Shown: one piece after another, positions 1 through 13,813 of the stretch | Layout of the letters: each line of letters opens with the position of its first letter | Position numbering within the stretch: position 1 is the stretch's first letter | Assembly: GCF_008831285.2 (NCBI RefSeq) | Contig: NC_045138.2 | Location: 37,820,001-37,884,000 of the forward strand | Source of the DNA: Nymphaea colorata | Lineage: Eukaryota | Reading direction: 5' to 3' | Length of the DNA: 64,000 bases | Notes under the pieces: generated by a model | What the model was told of the DNA's origin: nothing | What the model saw: the letters and a program-made list of their open reading frames with translations, nothing else | Databases searched by the model: none | Program-made: the position numbers and the translations under genes

Positions 1-1575
1 TCATAAATGTGAGCTAGAGATACACTTGGCTTTACTTAAAGGCTATGCACCATGCACACCAAACACAACATGTGGGTAACCATCTTTTGGAGCAGATGAG
101 AGTGACAGTCCAACAAGAGCCATAGGTCACCCCAGTTTTTCAAAAATCAAAATGTTTTTTTTAATTAAATTTGGCCCTATAAAGATTTTGAAAATTATAT
201 AATGCCCATCTTTCAAGATAAACCTTCGCTCTGCCACTGACTATATCATTATAAGCACTGAGTTCGGTACCCATCGAGTATTGGGTACCGGCCCGTAACA
301 CATTGTGTTGAGTTTATACTCACTTGGACTCAGTGTTAGGGGCCACCCCGTCTCTATTGCCACTTCACTTTCTTCTTTCCGTTTCTCCTCTCGCCTCTCT
401 CTCATCCCTCCTTTCTCTTTTGTCTCTCTCTCCTGCTCTTATTTTGCACTGGTATAAATTGTCGGCAGCATCAATGACAACCATCATCCCTCTCTTTCTT
501 TCTCTTTTCAACCCTTGCACGGGAGGTTTCTCCATTTTCATCCATTAAATGGGAAGTGGAATGTACTATAATAGCATTAGTGTAGTTACATATGTGTTCA
601 TATAAGCCACTGCTCACACCAACCGATCAAAAAATTTCGACAAAAATTTAGATTGGGATGAACCAAAAATTGTATATGGTACTGCTCACATCAGAACTAA
701 ATGTATCATACATGTGCTCCTCGACCAAAAAATCCTATTTCCTCCACTGCATAATAGTATGACTTTTTGAAACAACTTGGTACATTTTTTTTTTCAACAT
801 GTATAGTATGAATATATGTTTGGGGAGCACAAATATCAACCGCGGACCCTAAGAACAAGTTGTTCTTTTTTTGGCATGCCAGGAATGCGAAGAATAAATA
901 CAACCCCAAGAAGAGTTGTATTGGCTTCACAATCGTACGCAAGCGTTCAGGGAGAAGCGTTCTTGCCTATTAAGCAAAGAACTTGATCATGTCCACATCA
1001 AGCTTCATTTCAAGCCCAATTCTGGCAATATTTCCTTATTAACTGGATCCACATTTTCAGGCAAATCTTCGCACAATTGGTAATTTGGTCACTTAATTCC
1101 GAGTCCGGCGGGTAGGAGAACATGGATATATGCAATCGGTCAGCGACCGATACAGCAGAAAATGGATTCAGAAGATACTCTTTATCCACTGACTGATCAT
1201 ATGGGTTCATCTGGACGTGATGTTGGAATGGAAGAAAAAAACTCCTTTAAGAACCCAGTCAAATCAAATATACCAGATCATTCTACCATGTTAAAGATAT
1301 ATATATGTGTGTGTGTGTATGTGTTTTTGTGTGTTCTGAACTTCTTTTCACGTCTAATTATGGTATAGTATATTTACTATGAATGGAAATAATAATGTAC
1401 ATGCAGGTGAAGTATAAGTATGAAAATTTTGGGCCTTCGTTTTTTTTCATTTTCTAAATTTAGGATTACCTCTCACATCTGATCAAGGTTTTCGAGCACA
1501 ACACGAAGATGAATTCAGGCAATAAAATTGGCAAGACTGAGACTCAGTTCCAAATCTTCAACTTGACATCCTTCA
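1..1575 (+). repeat. Upstream repeat modules of the WSD unit; copies at ~3478-4490, ~14290-15220 (order permuted), ~31995-33585, partial at ~57453-57726
   Basis: Shared blocks: caccccagtttttcaaaaatcaaa, ccattaaatgggaagtggaatgtactac, gcacaaatatcaaccgcggacc..aagaacaagttgttc, gcgaccgatacagcagaaaatggattc. Parallel spurious ORFs at 706, 14605, 32698. Confidence 0.85.
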
Positions 1576-4500
1576 CATTTTCCTCTTGCTCACCAACATG
1601 AATAAAAAATTTGGACCTTTTAATTTTCAGATTCCTGTAAAATACATTGTCTCTTGGTAACCAGCAAGAGAAGTGTTCTTCCATGTGCATAATATGCTTA
1701 GGTTCACTTTTGCTAAAAATATATGCCATAAAAATCGTTATAGACACACTAACAACATTTTTTTTTTTTTAATTGAAACTTTAGATCACGTCCCGTCGTC
1801 CACTAGTCAATTTTTGTTCCACCACAAATTAGACTATTAGAAAGGGGAGACATGGTACGCCGGCCACCGAAGTAAGTTTCAAATGCTATGGGCCTTTAAA
1901 TATATACATATAAGGTCCTAAGTGGCGGACTCTCCCTCTGGAGTTTGTCGTCGATATTATGAGTAGAAAAAGAGAGAACAGTTTTCAAGGATAACATTTT
2001 TTTTTTTACCTTGCTACACTAGTAAAACCTTTCGAGTGGTAAATTTTTTCTACCTCTCCTCAGATTAATAGTAAAACCTTCTTCCTCGGTTTCTGGACAT
2101 GCTTTTTATAATGAAGGGGCAAACACGAATCTGAGAGGGTATCTGGTAAAAGAAACATTGTTTGCTAAGAAGACCATGCTCTTATTCAAAGAAATATAAT
2201 GTGATTATAGACGTTGTTTCTAACTCCAATCAACAGCTGCATCCATCTCAACTGACTGTTAAATCCTGTCAAAACTCGACGCCCTAAAAAGACAGCCACT
2301 TGCATGTGGATTCGGACTCCTAGTCCGAACACCATCTTTTCCACCAGCCGGAGACCACATACATGGTCGACATTTGTTAATGAAAGTATGATAGAGAAAC
2401 AAAAAACTTAATCAAACGGCCTGCCTGCATGAGTGCGGAGACAGTGAGTTGGAAGATGGCAGTTAATCCACAATTGAACTTGGGACTACTCCAGATTCTC
2501 TCATTTCAGCATTGGAAGCGAACCAGGAAGAGAAGCACATAGATAACCAGCACAACTTAGGGAAATGCAAGCCGATTAATACAGTATTCCTAAGGTAGAG
2601 AAAAATGTGCTGGCACATTAAAGACCTGACAGCAGATTGGAATAGACAATCCCAGTGCCGAGGCAGGGGCAGTAGGTGAGTGTGTGGTTTATTTTGTCTG
2701 TGGGGCTAGATGGAAGAGACAGGTTGGATCTGAATCTAAGTCCAAAGTTCACGCAGCTGGTTGGAGTTATATTTACCTGCTTCACTTAATCTTGCTGCCA
2801 ATCATTGTAGGAATCGGCGTCTTTCCGTTTTCTTAGTGACTATCTGATTTGAACAGTGTTTGACAGCTAAATCCATATGGTTGGATCAGAAGCATATGGC
2901 CTGTGTCGGTAGTAGAGTGGGCAAAAGAAAGCCAAGCTGCAGAATATTGCGCCCAAGATACTGAGGAATCAGAATACATATCGGCTCCACTGGTAAATAC
3001 ACTACCAAAATAGTCTCAACGCAGACTTGGCATAACTGGCCCGATTGATGGGCAGGTAGAAAGTCTGTCGTCAATATGATTCACATAAGAGTGTAAGAGT
3101 TTTGGGCAGCAAGACCTTTACTCTGAACAATTGTTGGTCTGGACATAGATTTGGGCTTATGTTAACTTATGTATTAGCTAATAGAAGTGTGTCGGCCGGT
3201 GGGCATGCTTGTGGGTGTGCAGAGAAGAAAGAAAAGTAGTCACCATGTAGGTGGCCCTCTTAGTGTACACCACCAAGACGTGACCCACGCACCTGCTGAT
3301 GCATTTTCATGTCTTGTAGGTACTTTAACTGAACGTTTCATAATATTGTGTTATTGAAACATATGTTCTTTATCACATATTTCACAACTACCACTTTATT
3401 GTTTAAAAAGTACGATGCACTGCTGTTGGAATAAATGAACAAAGTATCACATATTCAACAACTCCTGTGCATGCCACCTACTCATAAAAGTGAGTGAGAG
3501 ATACAATTGGTTTTGCTTAAAGGCCGTGCACCACCCCAGTTTTTCAAAAATCAAAATATTTTTTTAAATTAAATTTGGCCCAATAAAGATTTTGAAAATT
3601 ATATAATGTTCTTCTTTCAAGAAAACCTTGGCTCTCCCAACTGACTATATCGAGTATTGGGTACTTGCCCGTAACACATTGTGGCGAGTACATACTCACT
3701 AGGATCGGTATTAGGGACCAACCCGTCTCTATTGCCACTTCACTTTCTTGTCTCCGCCCCCTCCCCCATTTGGTATAGATTATCGGCCGCATAAAGACAA
3801 CTATCATCTCTCTCTTTCTCTTTTCAACCCTTGCACGGGGGTTTCTCCATTTCATCCATTAAATGGGAAGTGGAATGTACTACAATAGCATTAGTGGAGC
3901 TACATATGTGTTTGTATAAGTCACTGCCCACACCAACCCATCAAAAAATTTCGACTCAAATTTAGACTGGGATGAATAAAAAATTGTATATGATACTGCT
4001 CACATCAAACCTGAATATATAATTCAAGTGCCCCTTGACCAAAAAAATCCTATTTCTTCCAATAGTATAACTTTTTGGAACAACTTAGTATATTTTTTTA
4101 GCATGTATATTATGAATATATGTTTGGAGAGCACAAATATCAACCGTGGACCCCAAGAACAAGTTGTCCTTTTTTTTGTTATGCGAGGAATGGAAGAATA
4201 ATTCACAATCATAAGCAAGATGAAGCAAAGAACTTGGTGTGCATGAGGTCGGAATTGCACAATTCCCGCTGATCATGTCCACATCAAGCTTCATTTCAAG
4301 CCCAATTCAGGTAATATTGCCTTATTAATTGGATCCACATTTTCAGTGCAAATCTTGACACAATTGGTCACCTCTTTTCGAGTCCTGCGGGTAGGAGAAC
4401 ATGGATATATGCAACTCGGTTCGCGACCGATACAGCAGAAAATGGATTCTGAAGAAACTCTTCATCCACAGACTGATCATTTAAGTTCACATGCTTAGGT

Positions 4501-5388
4501 TTAGTTTTGCTAACAATATATGCCATAAATATCGTTATCATATATATATATATATATATATATATAACATTTTTTTAATTGAAACTTTAGATCACGTCCC
4601 GTCGTCCACTACTCAATTTTTATTCCACCACAAATTAGACTATTAGAAAGGAGAGACATGGTATACTGCCATCTGGTTCAATCTGCAGACTTTTTTCTAT
4701 GGTCCCATATCACAATTACAAAATTTTCAAAACCATCATTTCGTTTCATAAGCAAGCATGTACTCCCATCTGTTCTATGCACCATTAAATGATAGTACTA
4801 AAGCATAGTAAAGAAGATACCTTTTAGTTTTAACCTTGACAACAAGCAAGAGGTGGACTTCCTCAGATCTTTTAGGTGTCGTTTCGGCCAAAAAGAAACA
4901 ACTTTGCCCAAGTCATTCATTTGATTTAGAAATTGTCTCCATTATTTCAAATGGAGATTGCACGGTGCTTTGTGTGTGCACATACATATTAATACATATG
5001 CATCTATATACATTATCAAAATTTGGGAAAAGAAATGGATAAATTATAAGAATTAGGTAAAGGATTTTCAAATGAGATGCCGTGTGATGACCTGTAACTC
5101 GCCATTAATGCCATTCTTCCTACCTCCACCAGATTAGCTGCTTCTTTTAGTGTCATTTAAACGTAGGGACAAACACATGTTGTGCTGCCAGAGATTGAAT
5201 GCACGGGTACAACGCTAAGGCTAATGTTGGCCTTGTTTTAATAACCAAAGTATTCTTGTACTCCTACAAAGATAAAATGAAAAGTTCAAAATTCTCAGAC
5301 ACGAAAATAGTGGGGGGCGAGGTTGAAAGGGATGGTGCAAGCTTAAAAGGTGGCACCATTGCACTGCTGAGATCAGCCGAACGGTCAG

Positions 5389-8300
5389 ATGATGAGAGGA
5401 GGAGCGGCAGCAGAAGGTGGGGATGGGGATGAGCGGATTCCGGTCAGCCCCAACGGCCAGTTCTTCAATAGCTCGGTTCTGTCCGTCTACATTCTGGCAG
5501 TGTTCGAGCTGGAGAGCCCCGTCGCTGGTGGGGAGCAACGCGAGGAGATCCTCAGGAAGGAGTTCTTGCCAGTCAGCACTCGCTTCTCCTCAATCATGGT
5601 AGTTTACATGGTGCCCAAATCTTTTTCATCATTTTGGTCTTCTGTCTTTCTCCTTGCTTCCCTTCCTCTCGTGGCTTTGTTATGCTTTTTGGCGGTTGGT
5701 AGGAGTAATTTTGATAGAAGATTGATCGAATGGCCTCATTTTTTCTTATTGAGAACGTGTGATGGTTAGCCATTAATCTAGCCACAGAGAGAGAAAGAGA
5801 GAGAGAGAAATGTTTACATGGGAACCGAACAAGGGAGGCGCTCACTAGACGCCACCCAGACCGACCAGTTAGTATAGTTTACGAGGGTATTGCAGATCAC
5901 CCGCCTGGATCATGATCTCTTCTCGCTGCAAAACATGCTCCAAAAGAGAAAGGTGGAAGTGCCTTTCGAACCTCGCTGAATGACAATACAAGTCATTGTT
6001 GACAGCGAAGCTCCACACTGCACCATTTCTTTTGGCCAGTTTCCACCTCTCTGTCTCTCTCTCTCACTAAGCATCCCTGATCCCTCTCATTCAGATAACA
6101 ATGGTTTATTAATTTGAACTCGAACTAGTTCGGCCAATTAGAAAAGCAGAAAAAGAAAGTTTGAATTCTCAAATGGCTCTTTCATAAAAACGAGACACCC
6201 TTTTCTATGCAGAACTGGTCTAGCTCCAAAAAAAAAGACTGGTTGGAGTCACCATCAGATTTAACTTGCTTGGGCATTCTCAAGTCGCTTCTGCTTCTGT
6301 TTGACGCCTGAAAATGACGTTACCGTCTTCCTCCACCCGTCTGGAAGAAATAGTGCACTTTACCAGCTATTCATGTCAGACAACTCATAAATGTCCCCAG
6401 CTGCCTACAACCACTAACAAATCAGTCCCGATGTACCACAAAATTTCTAATGCTGCAAAGAAGACTGCATGGACAGTTGTGCAGTCACGGCTTCATTTTC
6501 ATGATATGATCGCTGTTTGAAAGCAGAAGGCCTGTTATAAGAACAGGGTGTTCTGTAACTGCGTGTATTATCAAAGAAGGAGCGATAAGAACAGCTTTTA
6601 CGTGTTCCAGGCGTTCCATCGCGCCCAGCATGGAACAAAAGCTGGCATCTGTTCGGCTGGTGCTGTTACCAGACTCATACATCCCCTTATAGCGTTGTTG
6701 CGGGACCTATAAGGGATTGGATTTCTTAATGTTTCCATGTTTACCTTTCAAAAAGGCGAAAAGAAATTCCAGCTTGATTACCCAGATGAGTGGCGCCATT
6801 AAGATATATACTACTTGTGTGCTCGGGAATTTCGTCTTCACCAATGTTAGATGGAAAACCTTGCATAAAATACAAATTTTGATGCTCATTAATGCCACTG
6901 ATCTTTCATAAAGTTTAGTTCAAACTTTTACCCTTGTCACACTTCTGAGGTGGAAAAAATTTGTTTTCCTATTATTTGTAGGTCAAAGATACAAAGGGTG
7001 TGAAACATTGGAAGCCAGTGAAGGTGAACATTAAGGATCATATAAGGATCCCAACTTTTCCCCCTGGATTATCACCTGAAGAATATGAGAAACACCTGCA
7101 AGGATACCTCTCAGAGATAGCCATTGAAGAAATGTCGCAGAACAAGCCCCTGTGGGAGGTCCATATCTTCAAGTACTGCACTCCTAGTGCAGTGAACACC
7201 CTTGTGTTCAAGCTCCACCATGCAATTGGGGATGGCTTCTCCCTGATGACAGCATTGTTTTCCTGTCTGCGAAGAGCCGACGACCCGTCCCTGCCACTTA
7301 CATTTCCATCTTGTAATGGTTCCTCCAAGCAAAACCGTTCTAAAATTGAAAACGGAACCATATGGAGACATCTCTCACCGCTTTGGTTCACCTTTCAAGA
7401 CTTTGGCTGGAGCCTGCTGAAAAGCAGTTTGCTTGTAGATCCTAAGTCTCCTATAAGATCAGGAGAACTTGGGGTTGAGTTCAAGCCAGTGTTCATCTCC
7501 TCTATTTCTCTTTCACTAGAGGAGATTCGAGAAGTTAGAGAAGAATTGAAGGCAGTAAGTTTCTTTGACCTATCGTGGATGTAAATTTCCTGTTCATTTG
7601 CTTACAAGAGTCCAACGTGTCCGCCAAAAAGTACTAAGCGTGATGCCTCGTTTTTATAAACTAAAGTGCTTAAAAGTTATGAAAATCTAAATAAACCTTT
7701 TTTTTTAGTTTCAACAGTATTTTGGCACTAAAAACTACAACACACCCACCTTTTTTTCGGTCTTCCAGAACTTATCAGACAAAAGGTCACGAAAACGACT
7801 AAAGATTAGAAGATATTAATATTTTATCTCCTCTTTTGACAATTCTAGGCACCAATATTCAACCACACCATCCGTCAGGGTTAATTGCTAAAAGCAAAAC
7901 ATGGTTTACATTTTACTGTAATGTCTTCATTATCCGCTGATTTCTTGCCTTCTTATTTTCACGGCAGACCGTGAATGATGTAATCACAGGGACTGTATTC
8001 TATGGCATTCAGTTGTACATGCACCGCATGAGTCCGGGCTCAGAAAACTTACCTGCCACTGCATTGGTGTTGCTAAACACAAGAAGTGTCTCTAAGCATC
8101 TGTCTTTAGAGGATATAAGGAAGGATGGAGCTGAAGCGTCATGGGGAAACCAGTTCGGATTCATTCATGTTCCTCTCCCTGCATGCAAATGCATCAAGAA
8201 GGCGAACCCAATCGATTATGTGTTTGAAGCACAAGAACTGATCATGAAAAAGAGGAGCTCACTTGGTGTATATCTAACTGGGAGATTCTTAGAGATGCTA

Positions 8301-8830
8301 AGGAGGTTAAGAGGCCCTGAGGTGAGCCTAACACTTATAACCAACCATGTCAAATGGGTAGTCACCATTTGACAATGTTTGAAGCATGGCTGGAGCATGA
8401 CAGAGATTTTAAAATTGTTACGTTCTGATTTGGTTCAACCGGCCAATCGGATTTGAGTTCACTTGGTTCATTTCCTTTGGCAAAAGCTGGATCTCCAGCT
8501 CTAGATTTGGACTCATATCAAGTTCTTCATCTGAGTTTGAATCAGAACATGACTGAATGTCCAAATTTCCATGAAATTGGAACTTATATGACTCTTTGGC
8601 TTGTTACAGGCAGCAGCAGAGCACATCCATTCGACACTAAGAAACACCAGCATGACCATTTCAAACATAATTGGCCCATTGGAGAAGATATCCATGGGGG
8701 GTTGTCCAGTTAAAAGCTTCTATTTCATGGTGACACGTTTACCGCAGGTGGGTATGCTCGTTAGACAGGCACATGTGCATGCAAGAGTGCGTTTGTATAT
8801 ATATATATGTGTGTGTGTGTGTGTGCGTGT

Positions 8831-8868
<38 letters not shown>

Positions 8869-9108
8869 TTTTCATAATACCCTGTTTAGATTCGTCTGCC
8901 ATGGTTGATAGAGAGTTGCTAATGTCTGCAGAGCCTCACCATATCAATGCTGAGTTACATGGGGAAGCTGAGATTGGCTGTAGGAGGAGAGAAAGGCTTC
9001 TTAGATTCTGAAGCGATGTCAGGATGCTTCGAAGAAGCATTTGCCAAGATACTTGATGCTGTAAGAGGGAAGCGTTATACACCACCCTCAAGCCAGGGAG
9101 ATGTCTGA
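5389..9108 (+). CDS. WSD1: Wax ester synthase/diacylglycerol O-acyltransferase (WSD1-like), copy 1, intact; join(5389..5598,6982..7554,7968..8321,8610..8747,8932..9108), 483 aa
   Basis: Five exons, all GT-AG and phase 0 (210+573+354+138+177 nt). N-terminal PVSPNGQFF...RFSSIM, catalytic HHAIGDG (HHxxxDG), TVNDVI, WGNQFG, SNIIGP, C-terminal SLTISMLSYMGKLRLAVGGEKGFLD; stop TGA at 9106-9108. The symbol is family-level, not proven orthology. Confidence 0.93.
8795..8868 (+). repeat. Compound (TA)(GT)(GA) microsatellite in WSD intron 4; paralogue at ~37665-37737
   Basis: Directly visible; repeat lengths differ between copies. Confidence 0.9.
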
Positions 9109-9457
9109 GAGGGAAAATGAATTGTCCCATAAAACAGACGCTTTTCTGGGAACGTTCAAGTCTGTTTTATCTCCCCAATACTCTATTGCCTTCATTTCTA
9201 CAATTCCTGCTATCTCACTCCCTTTCTCTTGCTACTGAGAGCTTATCTCAACGTTTTAAGGTTATACTTTGCCCATGCATCTATTCATGGTGCGACCCAG
9301 ATTGTTGAATGGATATGAATAGACCTTTGTATTGCCAGAAACTGGCGTGTATACAATGGATTCTGCAATATTTTAGAGTCAGCAGTTATAACAATCTAAT
9401 GATTTGGGACGTTTGATAGCCTCGAGTTTGAGATCCTCAGGATTTGAAAACCATGCA

Positions 9458-11183
9458 TTTAAGATCAAACCCTCCCACTTTCGATTTCCTACCATTTTTC
9501 AATGCGAAGAAGTAAATATGGATTTCAAGTGTGGATGAACCATTGATTTTTTGTCATATTAACAAAAACATGCCACATCAGATCTATGGATTTCAAATAG
9601 AGAGTAATCAAACCCCCCAGTGATTTTGAAATTAGAAAAGCGTTTTTATGTTGTAAAAACAAAATCTAACACCCCATTGTTGCCAAATCTACAATGCAAA
9701 TCACATAATATATACAGTAAAATTGCTTATAAAGACATTAACTGTGGTCGTTGAAGAGGTACTTATGCATAAGCTTTTGCGGCGCGCTCTCTCCCCCACA
9801 TATGAATGCGTAAATGTCGGCATATAAGGCATGAAAATTAAGGAAATAGCAGGATGTATGCTCAAGCCAGATCCCGAACGAGACAGGAACCATTTACCAA
9901 CCTACTTGCGTCTATTCTCATGGATACAAGTCGAATATCAAGAACTCGCTACCAATCTTATCTAAAGAGACTGTGCTGAATCTATATGGTCCAATTTGAT
10001 TAGAATGACAGAAATTAGATCTGAGCTATGAAACTGGTGCAATCTTAAAGGCGAACACCCGTGCACTCATTTAGAGGGGCATATGACAACCCAGATTTTG
10101 AGGATAGATACATGTAAGGGTCGAATGGGCTAGAGGTCCAAATTTTGGACTTGAAATCTGACGACGAGAGAGGACCAACTAGAGTCAAATGGTCGGTCGC
10201 TTAAACGAGAATGGGACATTAAATCTCAATTCTGCTCCCATGATCCATAGTGGGAACGGTTCGGGTTTGACCACGGCTGACCCGAACGTCCCATGGGGCA
10301 CCTCGCCCACCCATCCTGCCCCTTTGGACCCACATCCACTCTTGACCCGAGCCGTTTGCATCGTCTAGCTAGCTCCTCTGAACTAGAAACAGGGTGCCCT
10401 CTTCCGTCACCAACAGGAGACAAAAAAGGGAGATACTGCGTTCACCGTGGATCAAGAGGAGATCGGACGGCTGACAGTGATTCCCCTCCTTAGTGTTTCT
10501 AAGGGACCCTCTCAGAAAGCCTATCAAAGGAATTCCCTCCACTTGTTTAGTCCGTGTGATGCTTCTTGGCGGATGGTTCGCAATCACGTTGTTCTTGTAG
10601 ATGTGTGGTGTCTCTTGGTTTTTCGGAGATGGGTGCTTCTGCATTTGTGCTTTTGGTTTATTTTCCTCTGTTTTCTCTTCTCTAGAAACGATGATCTTGA
10701 TTCTTAAATTTGGTCTTTTTTTGTGATTTTGTTTAGAGTTGGTAGTGTTGGGTGCTGTATCTTCGCCGTTTTTTGAAACAATAGTGCATTTTCGCGTCTG
10801 GTATTGCTCTCTTTCCCTATCTCTGTTTCTCATTGAATTTTTTGTTCGGCAATGTTTTCATGGGCTTTTCAGTAGCCTCATTTGGGGTGTTTTCTGTTTT
10901 GAAGATGATGATGAACATGAAGTCATTGACTTATGATCGTCTTGATATGATTATAACATCCATCGCTACGTTCTTTCAGATTCATTATCATATTTTCTTT
11001 CTTTTCCGGATTCCGTGTACTGCGTTTGGTTTTTAATCGATGGGGATGAAAGAAAAACATAATCCAACACTTGAACTGAAGCGAATTCTTTCTGATGGAT
11101 CATTGTTGTTTCTGAATCTTAGAGCTGTTCTTATTTTTAATTGTTTTTCACTTTTGGGATGCTCTGTTTCTATTTTTTGTATT
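9458..11183 (+). repeat. Downstream flank of WSD copy 1, duplicated at ~37968-39680
   Basis: Long near-identical stretches, e.g. 9740-10200 vs 38260-38720; parallel ORFs 10833/39395 and 10447/38709. Confidence 0.9.
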
Positions 11184-11608
11184 CTTGGGAGAGTCCATGC
11201 TCCATACCTTTGAAAGAGTGTCAAGTGGTTGGGTTTGACCCAAACTTAACTCATACAATTCAACGAGCTTTGGTCAAAAGGGGTTTGGTTTGAATGGAAC
11301 TCGTGACCTGGATTTAGTACAATTTTTGTAAAAAAAGATCCAATTAATGTAGATGCAGCAACATCAACATACTCTGGCTGTTCTTCAATATTTTCAATCT
11401 TATGTCTCCATTGATACCATTATCACAAGCCTGAATATTTTCATTTGCCCGATCATTTTGATTCGTTCACAAAATGACCAATTATATATTCTCCATTTTC
11501 TTTTTCAATGCAGTTATGTTATCCACTAAACTCTCTATTATGTTCTACCCGAACTGCACACTAACTTCTGAGGTGTCATCTTCCAAACTTAAAGAGTTTT
11601 CTCCCTAA

Positions 11609-13813
11609 GGGCCCGTTTGATTGTCGGGTGAAATTTAACGTGGTAAATTTACCATGGTAAATTTTTCTGAAAAAATTTACAGGATGAATTTTCTTCCTCT
11701 TTTAATCTGAAACTCTGTTTGATACACAGGAAAAATTTAACGTGGTAAATTTAACCATGTTTGATGCACAGGAAAAAATTAACATGGTAAATTTAAACAT
11801 GTTTGATGTACAAAAAAAATTTAACGTATTTAACGTGGTAAATGTTGTTTTTTTGTGTCCTATCCTTTTCAAATTTGACGTTGGAATTTAACGTCATAAA
11901 ACAGTACATTGAAAGGACAAGAGCTAAAGGCTTGAATTAAAAATATGAGGGAACGCAATTTTAACTGTTCATAAGCAGAACATAGACAAAGCATAACATA
12001 AGATGAAGGCTACACAAGAAACTTGTAAGAAAGACACACACCAGTAAGAGGTAAATGCATTTGTTTTGCTGCTGCTCAAGTCCCCTCACATAAGCGATGG
12101 CACTTAGAGGAGCAAAGGTCTGGCCTCACATTTTCAGAATTTCTATACAAGACCTTGAGCAAGGTGATGAAGACCTTCTGGTATCTTTTAAAAGAGGAAA
12201 AGACTAATCTATACCCCACACAGTCTGCAAACCATAACATACACACATACATACACGTAAGCACTAACTAATTTGCGACCCAAATGGTTAACTGAACATG
12301 CAATGGATTATCTAAGCTAACGTGCTACACAAACAATTGGGTGAGATAGGCTAGTATTCATGTAACCATGTAATCTTTTTGCTTATTTTCAGTCTCTTTT
12401 CTGCTTTTTTCTATTTAACCATGTATTGAACAAAGTGGTATTCTTTCACATGCTACATCCCCAAAGAAATTCATTTAACTGTATAAGTGACTACAATACA
12501 GTGCTGGACCATCTAAACAGCGGTTTGTAAAGAAGCAGATTAATCCGTCCAACGCTCCCTTTCTCTCCCTCCTGTAGGGGCATCACCACTTTACCCTCAG
12601 TACTATCAAGCACATTACTAAAACCCTCCGCTTCCGACAATCCCAACAAATCTACAGCAACCATTCATATCAATTCTACTGGGGCCTCCAAAAACCAAGC
12701 AAGAGAGACAAATTGTGTGAACTCCACAGACAATCCCACCAAATTCATACTAAAGAGCGGCCTTCAACATACAGTAGAAGACATCCTAACAATATTTTCA
12801 GAAGTAGATTGTGTGAACTCCACAGACATCCTAACTGAACCTGCAAATCTACAACGAACATGATAGCATCCGAAAGAAGCCTGCCTGAATATAATTTTGC
12901 TGAGGAGAAGACTTGCTGCTGCTGGCGGGCAGTGGGATTTGATGGCAAAGGGCGATGATCTGCTCTTGGTGAAAGAGGGGACGAATTGCAACTTGAGGGT
13001 CTGTCACTTGACACTGAAAAAAAAAAAATCCCCGCGGTGAATAGGAATACTTAAGCAGGTGATCTTGGAACTATCCAGTAATTTCAAGTAACTATTGCCG
13101 CAGATCATGACAATCAAATTAAAAACGAAGGAATTCAAAGACTATGATGAATGAGAAAAATTAAAAACAAAGAGGAATGCCCTAATCGGTGGTTCAGGAG
13201 TTTGCCCTGACGCACGAGAGAGAGGAATTTACCTTGCAGATGTCCCTACTGCTCGGCCCTGGCAATGAAGGAAGGTTGGAGATATGGCTGGCTTGCTCGA
13301 TCGTGGCAGAGATAGAAGGCCACAGAACGGTGGCAAAGGCATCAGCAAGAGGGAAAGGGAGAAAGCGAATGCATCGGCAAGAGCAAGAGAGAAAGGGAGA
13401 AAGCAAACCGGCGGAGGAGCGGAGCGGCGACGGCAGAGTGGCGATGGTGAGAGGGGCGACGCCTCTGGTGCGACGGTGAGAAGGCGAGAAGGCGAGGGAG
13501 ACGAGGCTGCAGAGGGAGGAGGTTGCGACGGTGAGAAGGCAGGAATGTGAGGGAGACGAGGCTGCAGAGGGAGGAGGTTTGGGGTGAAATGAGCGTCTGA
13601 AGAAGCGTTGTCGAGCGGGTGAAATTTCACCTACTCTCGTTTACATTAAATAGGTGAAATTTCACCGTGTTTGATGCTTGTTTAGTCGGGCGGATGAAAT
13701 TTCACCTACTCTCCTTCTCCTTTACATTAAACAGGTAACAGCTGAAATTTCACTCACCCGTACATTTTTCACCCTCTCCTCCAGTAATTTATCCTGGCCA
13801 TCAAACAGGGGCC
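11609..13813. mobile_element. Non-autonomous PIF/Harbinger element (2.2 kb) with gene-like cargo
   Basis: TAA|GGGCCCGTTTGAT at 11606-11621 and ATCAAACAGGGGCC|TAA at 13800-13816 (3-bp TAA TSD). Subterminal GGTAAATTT arrays on the left and GGTGAAATTTCACC palindromes on the right. No transposase ORF. Confidence 0.85.

Noticed and set aside
6227..6950. Intron-1 insert as a retrocopy because of the adjacent A-run
   Set aside because: The A-run is on the plus strand at the left edge, the wrong position for a tail of this segment in either orientation, and no TSD was seen.
7038..7391. Minus-strand ORFs overlapping WSD exons (also 16653-16933 and 35967-36254)
   Set aside because: Antisense shadows of the real coding exon; they recur only because the gene is triplicated.
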